A stretch of DNA of 64,000 bases, from the NCBI GenBank assembly GCA_035496675.1, contig DATJEL010000108.1:6257-70256 (forward strand). The letters are read 5' to 3'. The number at the start of each line of letters is the position of its first letter. Position 1 is the stretch's first letter. A program made the translations under genes and the position numbers. Shown here one piece after another: positions 9,056-17,948 of this stretch. This DNA is from Terriglobales bacterium. Its GTDB lineage: Bacteria > Acidobacteriota > Terriglobia > Terriglobales > Acidobacteriaceae. The notes beneath the pieces are model-generated. The model was not told the DNA's origin. It did not search any database and saw only the letters and a list, made by a program, of their open reading frames with translations.

Positions 9056-10438
9056 CTAGTTCCAATCCAAAAGAGCTTTCCAGGTCTCAAGAGCTCTCTC
9101 CAACCTCACTCCGCGGGAGGCCTTTAATAAAACCACGTCTCCATCGCGCGCATTCTGAGCAAGCCATTCGCCTGCGGCTTCCGGAGTAGAAACAAAGTGT
9201 GCTTGCGTTCTCCCCCCAGTTGCGCCTGCGACCATCTGCTCAGCTAACCCTCGAACCCCTATCAGCCAATCGACCCCTTTTTCCGCAATGTAGCGGCCCG
9301 ACCCGCGATGCATCTCTGCGCCAGCTGGACCGAGTTCGAGCATCTCCCCGGCAACCACGATGCGCCGGTTCGCGGGCATCGTGGACAACGCGTCCACCAT
9401 TGCCGATAGCGCCTTCGGATTGGAATTGTAGCAATCATTAATTACGGTGATGTTGCCCAATCGGACAACCTGCCCGCGCTTGTCCGCAGCGGAAAGCGAG
9501 CTCAGGGCTGCGGTGGCTTCTGACAAGGCGAAGCCATGCTCGAGCGAGACGGCGACGGCGGCCAGGGCATTGAGGACGTTGTGGGATCCGACCAGAGGGA
9601 GCGTCGCCGGTTCCCGTTGAGGGCCCACCACGATGTCAAATGCAGAACCCTGTTCGCCGAGAGATCTCACATTGTCCGCCCGGAGGGTGGCCGTAGCACT
9701 CATGCCGTAAGTCACCACCTTTCCGTGAAAATTGCGGCCGAATTGGGAAACATGTTCATCATCCGCGTTGAGGACTGCCGTGCCGGCGGCGGGCAGGGAC
9801 TCAATGAGTTCGTACTTGGCACGAGCGATCCCGGCGAGCGAGTCGAAGAATTCGAGATGCACGGGCGCGACATTGGTGACGACCCCAACTTCAGGCTGCG
9901 CGATCTTTGCCAGGGCGGTAATTTCCCCCGAGTGCGACATGCCCATCTCGATTACCGCGACGTCATGCTTAGGCTGAAGCTTCAGAAGCATCAACGGCAG
10001 GCCAAAGTGGTTGTTGAAGTTTCCTTCCGACTTATGCACCTTCAGCCGCGTCGCCAGGACGTGGGCAATGGCTTCCTTGGTGGTCGTCTTCCCCGCCGAA
10101 CCCGTCACTCCGACCAACGGCTTGCCCCAAAGGCGGCGGACGCAGGTTGCCAGAGTCTGAAGCGCAATCAGCGTGTCAGCAACGCCAAGGAGTGGAAGAG
10201 CAGGAGGCAGCTGCGCCTGTTTGTTCCGGGAAACCACCGCCGCAACGGCGCCTTTTTCGATGGCTTGGGCAACAAAGTCGTGCCCATCCATCTTCTCGCC
10301 TTGCACCGCGAAAAAAAGCTCTCCCGGTTGAATGGTGCGCGAGTCGATGGAGTAGCCAGTCGCGGCCACCTCCGAAGGAACACCAGTTGGTGCCGATGCC
10401 GCCAAAAATTGAGCAATACGCGACAGCGGAAGCCTCAT
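9056..10438 (-). CDS. murF: UDP-MurNAc-tripeptide--D-alanyl-D-alanine ligase MurF
   Basis: GVTGSAGKTTTKE P-loop in a Mur ligase fold. ATGA overlap with murE. Confidence 0.9.
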   Translation of the reverse strand: MRLPLSRIAQFLAASAPTGVPSEVAATGYSIDSRTIQPGELFFAVQGEKMDGHDFVAQAIEKGAVAAVVSRNKQAQLPPALPLLGVADTLIALQTLATCVRRLWGKPLVGVTGSAGKTTTKEAIAHVLATRLKVHKSEGNFNNHFGLPLMLLKLQPKHDVAVIEMGMSHSGEITALAKIAQPEVGVVTNVAPVHLEFFDSLAGIARAKYELIESLPAAGTAVLNADDEHVSQFGRNFHGKVVTYGMSATATLRADNVRSLGEQGSAFDIVVGPQREPATLPLVGSHNVLNALAAVAVSLEHGFALSEATAALSSLSAADKRGQVVRLGNITVINDCYNSNPKALSAMVDALSTMPANRRIVVAGEMLELGPAGAEMHRGSGRYIAEKGVDWLIGVRGLAEQMVAGATGGRTQAHFVSTPEAAGEWLAQNARDGDVVLLKASRGVRLERALETWKALLDWN

Positions 10439-11955
10439 GCGGTTCCTTCCTGGTTGCTGGGGTTCTCGTAACCTAGCTTGCGCAGAACGTCCGCCGCGAC
10501 TTCGCGGTCATCAAACGGAATGGCCCCGGCCGGAGTGATTTGGACCTTCTCATGCCCTTTGCCGGCAATCAGCACAATGTCGCCGGCGCGGGCTTCGCCG
10601 ATGGCAAGTGCGATGGCGGCGCGCCGGTTCGGTTCGGTCCTGTAGCGGGCTCCGGAGCGTTGCAGTCCGATCACGGCATCGTTGATGATCGCGAGAGGGT
10701 CTTCGCTGCGCGGATTGTCGGAGGTCAGAACGACAAAATCGCTGCCCTGACCGGCAGCCTCCCCCATCAAGGGGCGCTTGCTACGGTCGCGGTCGCCCCC
10801 GCAACCAAAAACGGTGATCACACGCCCGGAGTTCTGCTTCACAAACTCACCAGCGAGCGATGTGAGGTTGCGAAGGGCATCATCGGTATGCGCGTAATCC
10901 ACAACCACAGTAAACGGCTGGCCACAATCTACCCTTTCAAAGCGACCGGGCACGGCTTTGAGGGTTCGGACGCCCTGGGCAACCGATTCCAGCGAGCACC
11001 CTCGCCCCAGGGCGGCAGCGCTCGCGGCGAGGATGTTGTAGACGTTCACCCGGCCAATCAGGGGTGAACTGATCTTGATGCTGCCTTGGGGACAAATCAG
11101 CCGGAACTGGGTTCCGCGAGCCGTCATCGCAACATCTCTCGCGTGGAAATCTGCTTTGGACCAGCCATAGGTAGACACCTGCGAGCCTTGGCCGCGGGCA
11201 AAAGCAGCAAGGTTCGCGCCGTAGCTATCGTCGGCATTCAATACTGCGGTGCGCGGAGCCGGTCGACCGGAACCGGCGAACAGAATCTTCTTCGCCTGGA
11301 AATATTCCTCCATCGACTTGTGATAGTCGAGATGATCTCGGGTGAGGTTGGTAAACACCGCCACATCGAAAAAAATGCCATGGGTACGCCCCTGGGCCAG
11401 AGCATGCGAGGAGACTTCCATCACCACCTCGCTTCCGCCGCTCGCAACCGTCTCACAAAATAACCGTTGCAGATCCAACGACTCTGGGGTGGTATGCGGG
11501 GCCGGTAGCACCTTCTTGCCTATGTGATACTCGATGGTGCCCACAAGCGCCCCACCCCGGCCCGCAGCACCGAGGATCGCCTCAATCAGAAATGCTGTCG
11601 TACTTTTTCCATTGGTGCCTGTGATTCCTGTAATTCCCAATTGGTTCGCGGGTTGGCCATAGAAGTTGGCGCTTAGAGTGGCCAACGCTTGCCGTCCATG
11701 AGCAACCCGCGCCCAGGCCACCCCCGTGGTCGCGAGGTCTGAATCGGTAACCACGGCGACAGCCCCCGCCCCGATTGCCTGATCGACAAATCGATTGCCA
11801 TCACTGGTCTCGCCGCGCATGGCGACGAACAAGCTACCCGGCCCTACGCGGCGCGAGTCGTATGCAATGCCGGTAATTTCCGGATTGCCTGCATTCTGGC
11901 AGTGCACGCCGAAGCCAGCCAGTTCCACCCCTTCTAGCAATTCCAGAAACTTCAT
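10435..11955 (-). CDS. murE: UDP-MurNAc-L-Ala-D-Glu--2,6-diaminopimelate ligase MurE
   Basis: GITGTNGKSTTAF P-loop and the DNPR motif (TSDNPRSEDP) typical of the meso-DAP-adding enzyme. Confidence 0.92.
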   Translation of the reverse strand: MKFLELLEGVELAGFGVHCQNAGNPEITGIAYDSRRVGPGSLFVAMRGETSDGNRFVDQAIGAGAVAVVTDSDLATTGVAWARVAHGRQALATLSANFYGQPANQLGITGITGTNGKSTTAFLIEAILGAAGRGGALVGTIEYHIGKKVLPAPHTTPESLDLQRLFCETVASGGSEVVMEVSSHALAQGRTHGIFFDVAVFTNLTRDHLDYHKSMEEYFQAKKILFAGSGRPAPRTAVLNADDSYGANLAAFARGQGSQVSTYGWSKADFHARDVAMTARGTQFRLICPQGSIKISSPLIGRVNVYNILAASAAALGRGCSLESVAQGVRTLKAVPGRFERVDCGQPFTVVVDYAHTDDALRNLTSLAGEFVKQNSGRVITVFGCGGDRDRSKRPLMGEAAGQGSDFVVLTSDNPRSEDPLAIINDAVIGLQRSGARYRTEPNRRAAIALAIGEARAGDIVLIAGKGHEKVQITPAGAIPFDDREVAADVLRKLGYENPSNQEGTA

Positions 11956-12044
11956 TGGTTTGATTGTATTGCAGGCTGGTGAACCTCACGGCTGGCGAAC
12001 CAGAAACTGCACGCATTGCCCGTTATGCCTTACTATGGTCGGCC

Positions 12045-12953
12045 ATGCAGCTCTGGTTCTCGCGGCAAAGCGATATCAGCATTCGGGAGCAACTGGCCAC
12101 TCAGATCATGTTGGCCATTGTCAGCGGCGAACTTGCTCCCGGGCAGCGCCTGCCCAGTACCCGGGAACTGGCCCGCCGTTTTCACCTGCATCCGAACACG
12201 GTCAGCGCCGGGTATAGACAGCTCGAGAAGAGCAACTGGCTCGAATTTCGGAAGGGTAGCGGCGTCTATGTGAGTTCCCGGCAGCACGAAAACCAGAGTG
12301 AACATCTGGCGCTCGATCATCTGATCGGGGAATTCTTCCGCTCCGCCAGAAAACTAAACACGCCTTTGGCGCTCGTTCGCGAACGGCTCAAGCAATGGCT
12401 GGAAATGCAGCCACCCGACCATTTCCTCCTGATCGAGCCGGACGAGCAACTGGCGCGAATCGTTGCCCGGGAAATGCAAGCCAAGTTATCCCTGCCCGTC
12501 AAGACCGTCCCCGGAATTGAGTTGCACACTCCGCCCGGCGCGATTCCGGTTGTCCTGGCCGCCTCGAGCAAGAACCTGAAAAACCTTTCGTCGCTCAACC
12601 ATGAGTTGCTGACGCTCCACCTCGGCTCAGCTCGGGAGTCGCTGACGCAATATCTTCCCGCGATTGCCTCCATACTGATCGGCATTGCGTCCGGCTGGCC
12701 TCTATTTCTGAAAAATGCGCGCACCATGCTCATCTCGGTTGGATTCGATCCCGACTGCCTGGTTTTGCGCGACACCACGAAACCGGGCTGGCAGAGAGGA
12801 CTGAAGGATGTTGCGGCGGTGGTTTGCGACTCCCTGACATCAACCTTACTCGACGGCCATCCTCGTGTTTTGAGCTTCCCTCTTTTGTCGAAAGAAAGCC
12901 TCGAGGAGTTGCAGCGTTATGAGCAATTCATCCAAGACCCGCTTCGGGTCTGA
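12045..12953 (+). CDS. GntR-family transcriptional regulator with a roughly 230-aa C-terminal alpha/beta domain
   Basis: The start is taken at the ATG giving MQLWFSRQSDISIREQLATQIMLAIVSGELAPGQRLPSTRELARRFHLHPNTVSAGYRQLEKSNWLEFRKGSGVYV, a GntR winged helix. I could not assign the C-terminal domain to a subfamily. Confidence 0.75.
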   Translation: MQLWFSRQSDISIREQLATQIMLAIVSGELAPGQRLPSTRELARRFHLHPNTVSAGYRQLEKSNWLEFRKGSGVYVSSRQHENQSEHLALDHLIGEFFRSARKLNTPLALVRERLKQWLEMQPPDHFLLIEPDEQLARIVAREMQAKLSLPVKTVPGIELHTPPGAIPVVLAASSKNLKNLSSLNHELLTLHLGSARESLTQYLPAIASILIGIASGWPLFLKNARTMLISVGFDPDCLVLRDTTKPGWQRGLKDVAAVVCDSLTSTLLDGHPRVLSFPLLSKESLEELQRYEQFIQDPLRV

Positions 12954-12979
12954 ACCGTTCCGAAGCACTCGCTGCCCGG

Positions 12980-15184
12980 TCACCGGCCAAACCGTACCGT
13001 AATATGGGCCCCGCTTACCACTCGTGAGCCTGGCGGGGGAGATTGATCGAGCGCCTTGCCGCTGCCGACGACGTTCAGCTCCAACCCGCTGTCTTGAGCT
13101 ATCTCAATCGAGGACCGCACAGACTTGCCCAGAAATGACGGAACCACAATTCCACCTTGTTCGACGTCCACCACCACCGTTCCGGTCGGCGGATTCAGCA
13201 GCGCGGATCTCTCAGGCGCGGGAGCGGCTGTTGGTTCGGTTTTTTCGATTGCAGCGGGAGTCTCGGTTTGCCGCATGGCGGCGGCCACCACGCTCCCAGA
13301 CGGAGTCGCCCCCGGGCTTGATGAAGGCCGGGTATTGTCATGCGGGATGAGACCCGGTTGTGGCTTCGAGTCGGCCAGGGTATCGGAGTTGGGTTGGATC
13401 TCGTCGATGCCCTCGCCCGGGTGATCGGGAGAACCTTCCTCAAGATCTTTGTCGCTCGTCTTGGCTCGAGCCAAAAGGGTTTTGTTCGCTGGAATTTCGA
13501 TGTCGTGTGGGGTGTGTAGGTACTCGAGCACCTGTTGCGCAATCCGATTGAAGACAGGAGCCGACACCTGGCCGCCCTGGTGCAGTCCAACTGCAGAATC
13601 GAGCACCACTGCGATTGTGACCGAGGGGTTGTTGACCGGCGCAAAACCGGCAAAGGTTGCGACGTACTTTGTGTGCGAGTAGGCACGGGTTGCCGGGTCA
13701 ACCTTTTGCGCCGTTCCGGTCTTTCCGGCCGACGTGTATCCGATCAAGAGAGCTTTCTTTCCCGTCCCGTGAAGCACCACTCCCTGCATCATCTGCCGCA
13801 TTTGAGCCGCCGTAAGCGATGAGATGATCCGGTGCTCATCCACGGGATGAAATGCGATTGTCTGCGGCGCGGCCTGCGGCTGGCTGTTGGCGGCAACGAT
13901 GCGCGGCGCCACGTACACACCATCGTTCGCCATGGTGGAGATCAGGCCGACCAGTTGCAGGGGAGTAATGGCGATCTCCTGGCCCATGGAAATGGCCGCG
14001 ATCGAGACTTTCGACCAACGGCTGGGAGGCTTGGTCAAGCCGCGGGTCTCCCCGGGCAGTTCAATCCCGGTCTGCTGGCCGAAGCCGAAGCCGCGAATGT
14101 ACTTGTAGAAGCGCTCCTCCCCGAGGCGGAGGCCGATCTTGATGGATCCTACGTCGCTCGATTCGGCGAGAACGTCTGCCACCGACAGCACCCCGTGGGG
14201 CTTGCTGTCGCGAATACGCATGCCGTTGTAGACGATCGATCCCATCTGACAATCGAACATCTCGTCCGGTCGCGTAACCTTTTCTTCCAGAGCACCGGCA
14301 ATGGTGACTAGCTTGAAGGTCGAGCCCGGCTCGTATACATCGCTGACCGCATGGTTCTTCAGCCGCTCTGGAGTTATTTCCTTGGACAGATTGGGATTGA
14401 ATGTCGGCCGATTGGCGAGGGCGAGGATCTCACCGGTGCGTGGATTCTCGACGACCACGGTTCCGGCGATCGCCTTGGTCTGCTCCATCGCGGTTTCCAG
14501 CTCGCGCTCGGCGATGTACTGAATCTTTTCATCAATCGTCAGAACGATGTTTTGGCCGGGTTCCGGCTGCTTTTCTACGCTGCCGAAGTACTTCTTACGC
14601 GCATCGAGGGAGATGAGCATTTGCCCCGGACGCCCGTGAAGATTCTCTTCGTATTCGCGCTCAATGCCGCTTAGGCCCTTGTCATCCATGCCCACGTAGC
14701 CGAGCACCTGGGCTGCCAGGTCTCCCTTCGGGTAGTAGCGCTTGGACTCCTTCTGGAAATAGATCCCCCGCAGATTCAGTGATCGAATGCGTTCGGATAT
14801 CTCGGGATCGGGTTTCCGGGCGACCCAGCAGAAGGTTTTCGTGGCTTCGCAACGCGCCATCAACTCGCGGGGATCTTGTCTTGTGATGCGCGCCAACAGC
14901 GACATTGTGCTCGCCGGCTTCGGCATCTCGGTAGGAACTGCGAAGATCGAGTCCACGTTGATGGACATCGCCAATTCGTTTCCGAAGCGGTCGTAAATGA
15001 TCCCGCGACGAGGAGATACCTCTTCACTGCGCTGCTGCTGGCGTTGTGCCCGCTGCTCGAAGGTCCCATACCGAAAGATCTGGAGATAGACGAGACGGGC
15101 GCAGATTCCACAACACCAAAGAACGAAAAGGCCTGCCAGGAGGTAAAGGCGGAAGCTCGTGCTGTTGCGCGCTGTGTGGGCCAC
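12980..15184 (-). CDS. ftsI: Class B penicillin-binding protein FtsI (PBP3) with a disordered linker and C-terminal PASTA-like domain
   Basis: N-terminal TM anchor, PBP dimerisation domain and transpeptidase motifs STFK, SSD (ESSDVG) and KTGT (AGKTGTA). These are followed by a roughly 110-aa P/S/T/E-rich linker and a roughly 65-aa PASTA-like tail (VPSFLGKSVRSSIEIAQDSGLELNVVGSGKALDQSPPPGSRV). Confidence 0.9.
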   Translation of the reverse strand: MAHTARNSTSFRLYLLAGLFVLWCCGICARLVYLQIFRYGTFEQRAQRQQQRSEEVSPRRGIIYDRFGNELAMSINVDSIFAVPTEMPKPASTMSLLARITRQDPRELMARCEATKTFCWVARKPDPEISERIRSLNLRGIYFQKESKRYYPKGDLAAQVLGYVGMDDKGLSGIEREYEENLHGRPGQMLISLDARKKYFGSVEKQPEPGQNIVLTIDEKIQYIAERELETAMEQTKAIAGTVVVENPRTGEILALANRPTFNPNLSKEITPERLKNHAVSDVYEPGSTFKLVTIAGALEEKVTRPDEMFDCQMGSIVYNGMRIRDSKPHGVLSVADVLAESSDVGSIKIGLRLGEERFYKYIRGFGFGQQTGIELPGETRGLTKPPSRWSKVSIAAISMGQEIAITPLQLVGLISTMANDGVYVAPRIVAANSQPQAAPQTIAFHPVDEHRIISSLTAAQMRQMMQGVVLHGTGKKALLIGYTSAGKTGTAQKVDPATRAYSHTKYVATFAGFAPVNNPSVTIAVVLDSAVGLHQGGQVSAPVFNRIAQQVLEYLHTPHDIEIPANKTLLARAKTSDKDLEEGSPDHPGEGIDEIQPNSDTLADSKPQPGLIPHDNTRPSSSPGATPSGSVVAAAMRQTETPAAIEKTEPTAAPAPERSALLNPPTGTVVVDVEQGGIVVPSFLGKSVRSSIEIAQDSGLELNVVGSGKALDQSPPPGSRVVSGAHITVRFGR

Positions 15185-15308
15185 AGATTTTCTCAGACAA
15201 ATATGGCGGCCGGTTAGCCGCCTAGCTCCAAACCCAAGTCAATTGTTCGAGCAATGCAATGACCGTTGCGCTTTGGCGAGGGTAAACGCCCCGCCCAGTC
15301 CACAAACC

Positions 15309-15764
15309 TTAGCGGGTGGAAACCACTGCAACCGGCGTCAAGCTTGCCACCACAGAACCCGAAGTCTCCGAAGTCGAACTGTCCATGCGGACAACCTGCC
15401 CAACCTGCGGAGACTGCAATCCCATTTGGCGCGCGATGCGATCAATGCGCTCGGGATCACGCAAGGATGCCTCTTCCAGGCGCAGGGCACGGTTCATCTC
15501 AATCAAGTTACCGCGTTGCGATTTCAGGGCTTCGATCCTGTATCCATATTCAATGGCTTTGAAGTGCTGGAAAGCGTACCCCATGACCAGCAGGAACAAA
15601 AAAGCCAGGGCAATTCCGAACTGGCGCATTTCACGCGTGCGCCGCGGATCTTCCATCTTCACCAGCCGCGAGTTGTCGATGGGCTTGGTGAAATAGATTT
15701 CAGGCGTGCCATTCCATGAACGGCGACGATTGGCGAGGGGAACCTGAACCGCGGCGGCCGCCAT
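15309..15764 (-). CDS. ftsL: Cell division protein FtsL
   Basis: Single TM (FGIALAFLFLLVMGYAF) followed by a coiled coil (IEALKSQRGNLIEMNRALRLEEASL). It sits between rsmH and ftsI. The start is taken at ATG 15764 (MAAAAVQ...), because the longer track ORF has an S/R-rich out-of-frame-looking N-terminus. Confidence 0.6.
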   Translation of the reverse strand: MAAAAVQVPLANRRRSWNGTPEIYFTKPIDNSRLVKMEDPRRTREMRQFGIALAFLFLLVMGYAFQHFKAIEYGYRIEALKSQRGNLIEMNRALRLEEASLRDPERIDRIARQMGLQSPQVGQVVRMDSSTSETSGSVVASLTPVAVVSTR

Positions 15765-15765
15765 A

Positions 15766-15930
15766 TTAAGCCACCCCGGCGAGTTCGCAGGTGCCCAGGT
15801 TCGCGAGTTCGTTTTGCGCGACTGTGTACCAGTAAGCGAGTTTGAATTCCTGCTCAGCGTCGAGGCGGAAGCTATCTTCCGCGCGCTCAACCGTCGAGAT
15901 CAGATCGTCAATCAGTGTTCCTGTGAACAT
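15766..15930 (-). CDS. Hypothetical 54-aa acidic soluble protein between rsmH and ftsL
   Basis: MFTGTLIDDLISTVERAEDSFRLDAEQEFKLAYWYTVAQNELANLGTCELAGVA. An AAGGGG Shine-Dalgarno lies 7 nt before the ATG. The TAA stop is 1 nt from the ftsL ATG (TAATATG). Hand-counted GC3 is 37/54. I recognise no family. Confidence 0.45.
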   Translation of the reverse strand: MFTGTLIDDLISTVERAEDSFRLDAEQEFKLAYWYTVAQNELANLGTCELAGVA

Positions 15931-16041
15931 CCAAGTTCCCCTTGCGTGAATTCCCACCTGCAGAACAACCCTTGTGTAGGGTGGGCAAGATCTCCCACCT
16001 TCACTTTTCGGAGCGTTGCGGCACTCTCTTTGCTTGCACTT

Positions 16042-16998
16042 CTAAACTCTTTCCACTCCCCGCAATTTCGCGCTGCGGGCCCGTGGATTGGAAGCGATCT
16101 CTTCGTCACCAGGCGTCACCGGCTTTTTGGTCAGTAATTGGTACTGTCCTTGCCGCGCGCCTGCTCGCATCGCATCCTTCACAATGCGGTCTTCGAGTGA
16201 GTGGAAGCTGATTATCACCAGCCGTCCACCGGGTTTGAGCATCCGCGGCGCGGCTTCAAGCAACTGCCGCAAGTCATCCAGTTCGCGGTTTACGAAGATT
16301 CGGAGAGCTTGAAAGGTCAGCGTCGCTGGATGAATGCGCTCATGTTTCATTGGCCGGGCCGCGGCTGAAACGGCCGCTGCGAGTTGCGCAGTGGATCGTA
16401 TCGGCCGCGACCGGACAATGGCTCTGGCGATTCTCCGCGACCTCCTTTCCTCACCGAATTCGTAAATCAGATCGGCGAGCTCACGCTCGTCGAACTGGTT
16501 TACCACTTGTTCGGCGGTCAACTCTGAGTGCGGATTCATCCGCATATCCAGAGGTCCTTCCGCCTGAAAACTAAAGCCGCGCGCCGGATCGGAAAACTGA
16601 AGGCTGCTGACTCCGAGGTCGGCCAGGATTCCATCCACCCCGCCCTCGATCTTCGGTCCTGGGTCGTCGGCCAAACTCGCGAACGATCCATGGATCAGTT
16701 CGATGACCGGCCAATCTTCCGGGCTCTCCGGGTTGAGTCCCGACACCCGAAGCCTTGCGCGGGCTCGCTCGAGCGCCTCGGGATCTTTATCGAAGCCAAT
16801 CAAACGACCCGGTGCGCCGAGGCGTTTTGCGATTTCGTAACTGTGCCCGCCTAGGCCCACCGTGCAATCGATATAAATCCCGCCACGCCGGACGGCTAAA
16901 AAGTCGATCGCTTCTTTTAAAAGAACCGGAACATGGCCAAACTCTTCTTTCAAGCCATGCCCACCCCGCTCGGGGGTGTCTTCGAAACCCTTCGCCAC
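16042..16998 (-). CDS. rsmH: 16S rRNA (cytosine1402-N4)-methyltransferase RsmH (MraW)
   Basis: HVPVLLKEAIDFL, DCTVGLGGHS, DLGVSSLQ and SFHSLEDRIVK motifs. The GTG start overlaps the mraZ stop (TAGTG). Confidence 0.93.
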   Translation of the reverse strand: MAKGFEDTPERGGHGLKEEFGHVPVLLKEAIDFLAVRRGGIYIDCTVGLGGHSYEIAKRLGAPGRLIGFDKDPEALERARARLRVSGLNPESPEDWPVIELIHGSFASLADDPGPKIEGGVDGILADLGVSSLQFSDPARGFSFQAEGPLDMRMNPHSELTAEQVVNQFDERELADLIYEFGEERRSRRIARAIVRSRPIRSTAQLAAAVSAAARPMKHERIHPATLTFQALRIFVNRELDDLRQLLEAAPRMLKPGGRLVIISFHSLEDRIVKDAMRAGARQGQYQLLTKKPVTPGDEEIASNPRARSAKLRGVERV

Positions 16999-17438
16999 TA
17001 GATGCCCAATTCGTCGAGCGTCTTCTCATCCTCAGACGTAAACGGCTGCTCTTCGATCTCCTGACGGTACAGCTCCAAGTTACGAATCACCAGGTAAGTC
17101 AGCTGTCCGGTGACGGCTACTTCACCTTTGATCTGCGCCGATTCCCGCAGCAACTGCGGCATCAGCAGGCGTCCCTGGCCGTCCATCTCGACTTGCTGTC
17201 CCCAGTAATTCACGCGATCGAGAAACTTCTTCTTCGTCGGGTTGAAAGTGGAGAGCCCTGCAAGCTTCTGCTCGATCCGCTCCCATTCCTCGAAGGGATA
17301 AACTTGCGCAACCTTTCCGTCCAGGCTGGTGATGTAGAATTGCTGACCATATTTCTCGTCGATCACGCGCTTGAATTCTGCGGGGACCTTGAGGCGTCCT
17401 TTTTCGTCCACGCGAGTTGGGTGATTGCCGCGAAACAT
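16998..17438 (-). CDS. mraZ: Transcriptional regulator MraZ
   Basis: MFRGNHPTRVDEKGRLKVPAEFK plus a second DxxGR repeat (VEMDGQGRLLMP). It is the first gene of the dcw cluster. Confidence 0.93.
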   Translation of the reverse strand: MFRGNHPTRVDEKGRLKVPAEFKRVIDEKYGQQFYITSLDGKVAQVYPFEEWERIEQKLAGLSTFNPTKKKFLDRVNYWGQQVEMDGQGRLLMPQLLRESAQIKGEVAVTGQLTYLVIRNLELYRQEIEEQPFTSEDEKTLDELGI

Positions 17439-17582
17439 GGCTTAAAACCGCCACCAGGGAGGCAAAAACGGCGCAAAACTCGGTCGTATTGGGCTGGACG
17501 GGGTCATAAACGGGGATTTCAGCCTTGAGATCCACCCATCCTCCGGATTTGCTTAATTCTGCCCAAGACCTATACCGTCCTG

Positions 17583-17635
17583 ACCACTTTCTACCACTTT
17601 TGACCACATCCTACTCCTAAATGCTTTAGTGTCAA
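17583..17635 (-). promoter_or_regulatory. Putative mraZ promoter with a triple MraZ-box operator
   Basis: The minus strand reads TTGACA (17635-17630), a 16-nt spacer, TAGGAT (17613-17608), then immediately GTGGTCAAAA-GTGGTAGAAA-GTGGTCAGG. That is three GTGGT boxes at exact 10-bp spacing (17607-17603, 17597-17593, 17587-17583), about 145-170 nt upstream of the mraZ ATG. Confidence 0.6.
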
Positions 17636-17821
17636 CAACAAACTTCCAGCTATGGCACTTTGGTTTTGTCTCAATCTGAAAAACTCAATAAATTGCGGAT
17701 TACTCCTTAGGCGACCACAACCAATAGTGTTTTTGAAGATGGTTCCTGCTGGCGTAAGTCCAAGCAGGTGAGTAGGTGAGCCTGTGGAAAATGTGGATCG
17801 TATTTATTGTCGCGGCGGCCG

Positions 17822-17851
17822 GCAAAAAACCCTGTCGGCGACCTAGACAGG
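17822..17851 (-). terminator. Weak intrinsic terminator downstream of the ICMT-like gene
   Basis: The minus strand reads CCTGTC-(9 nt)-GACAGG followed by GTTTTTTGCC. A second hairpin TCCCCC/GGGGGA lies just upstream at 17854-17877. The stem is only 6 bp. Confidence 0.35.
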
Positions 17852-17948
17852 CGTCCCCCAAGCTGGATGAAGGGGGAGTTCCTTGGGCGCCGCTTCCACG
17901 CTCTTTCGGGACCCTCGCGCCAGCGCCCCTAAGCCCTTTCGCCTGGGT

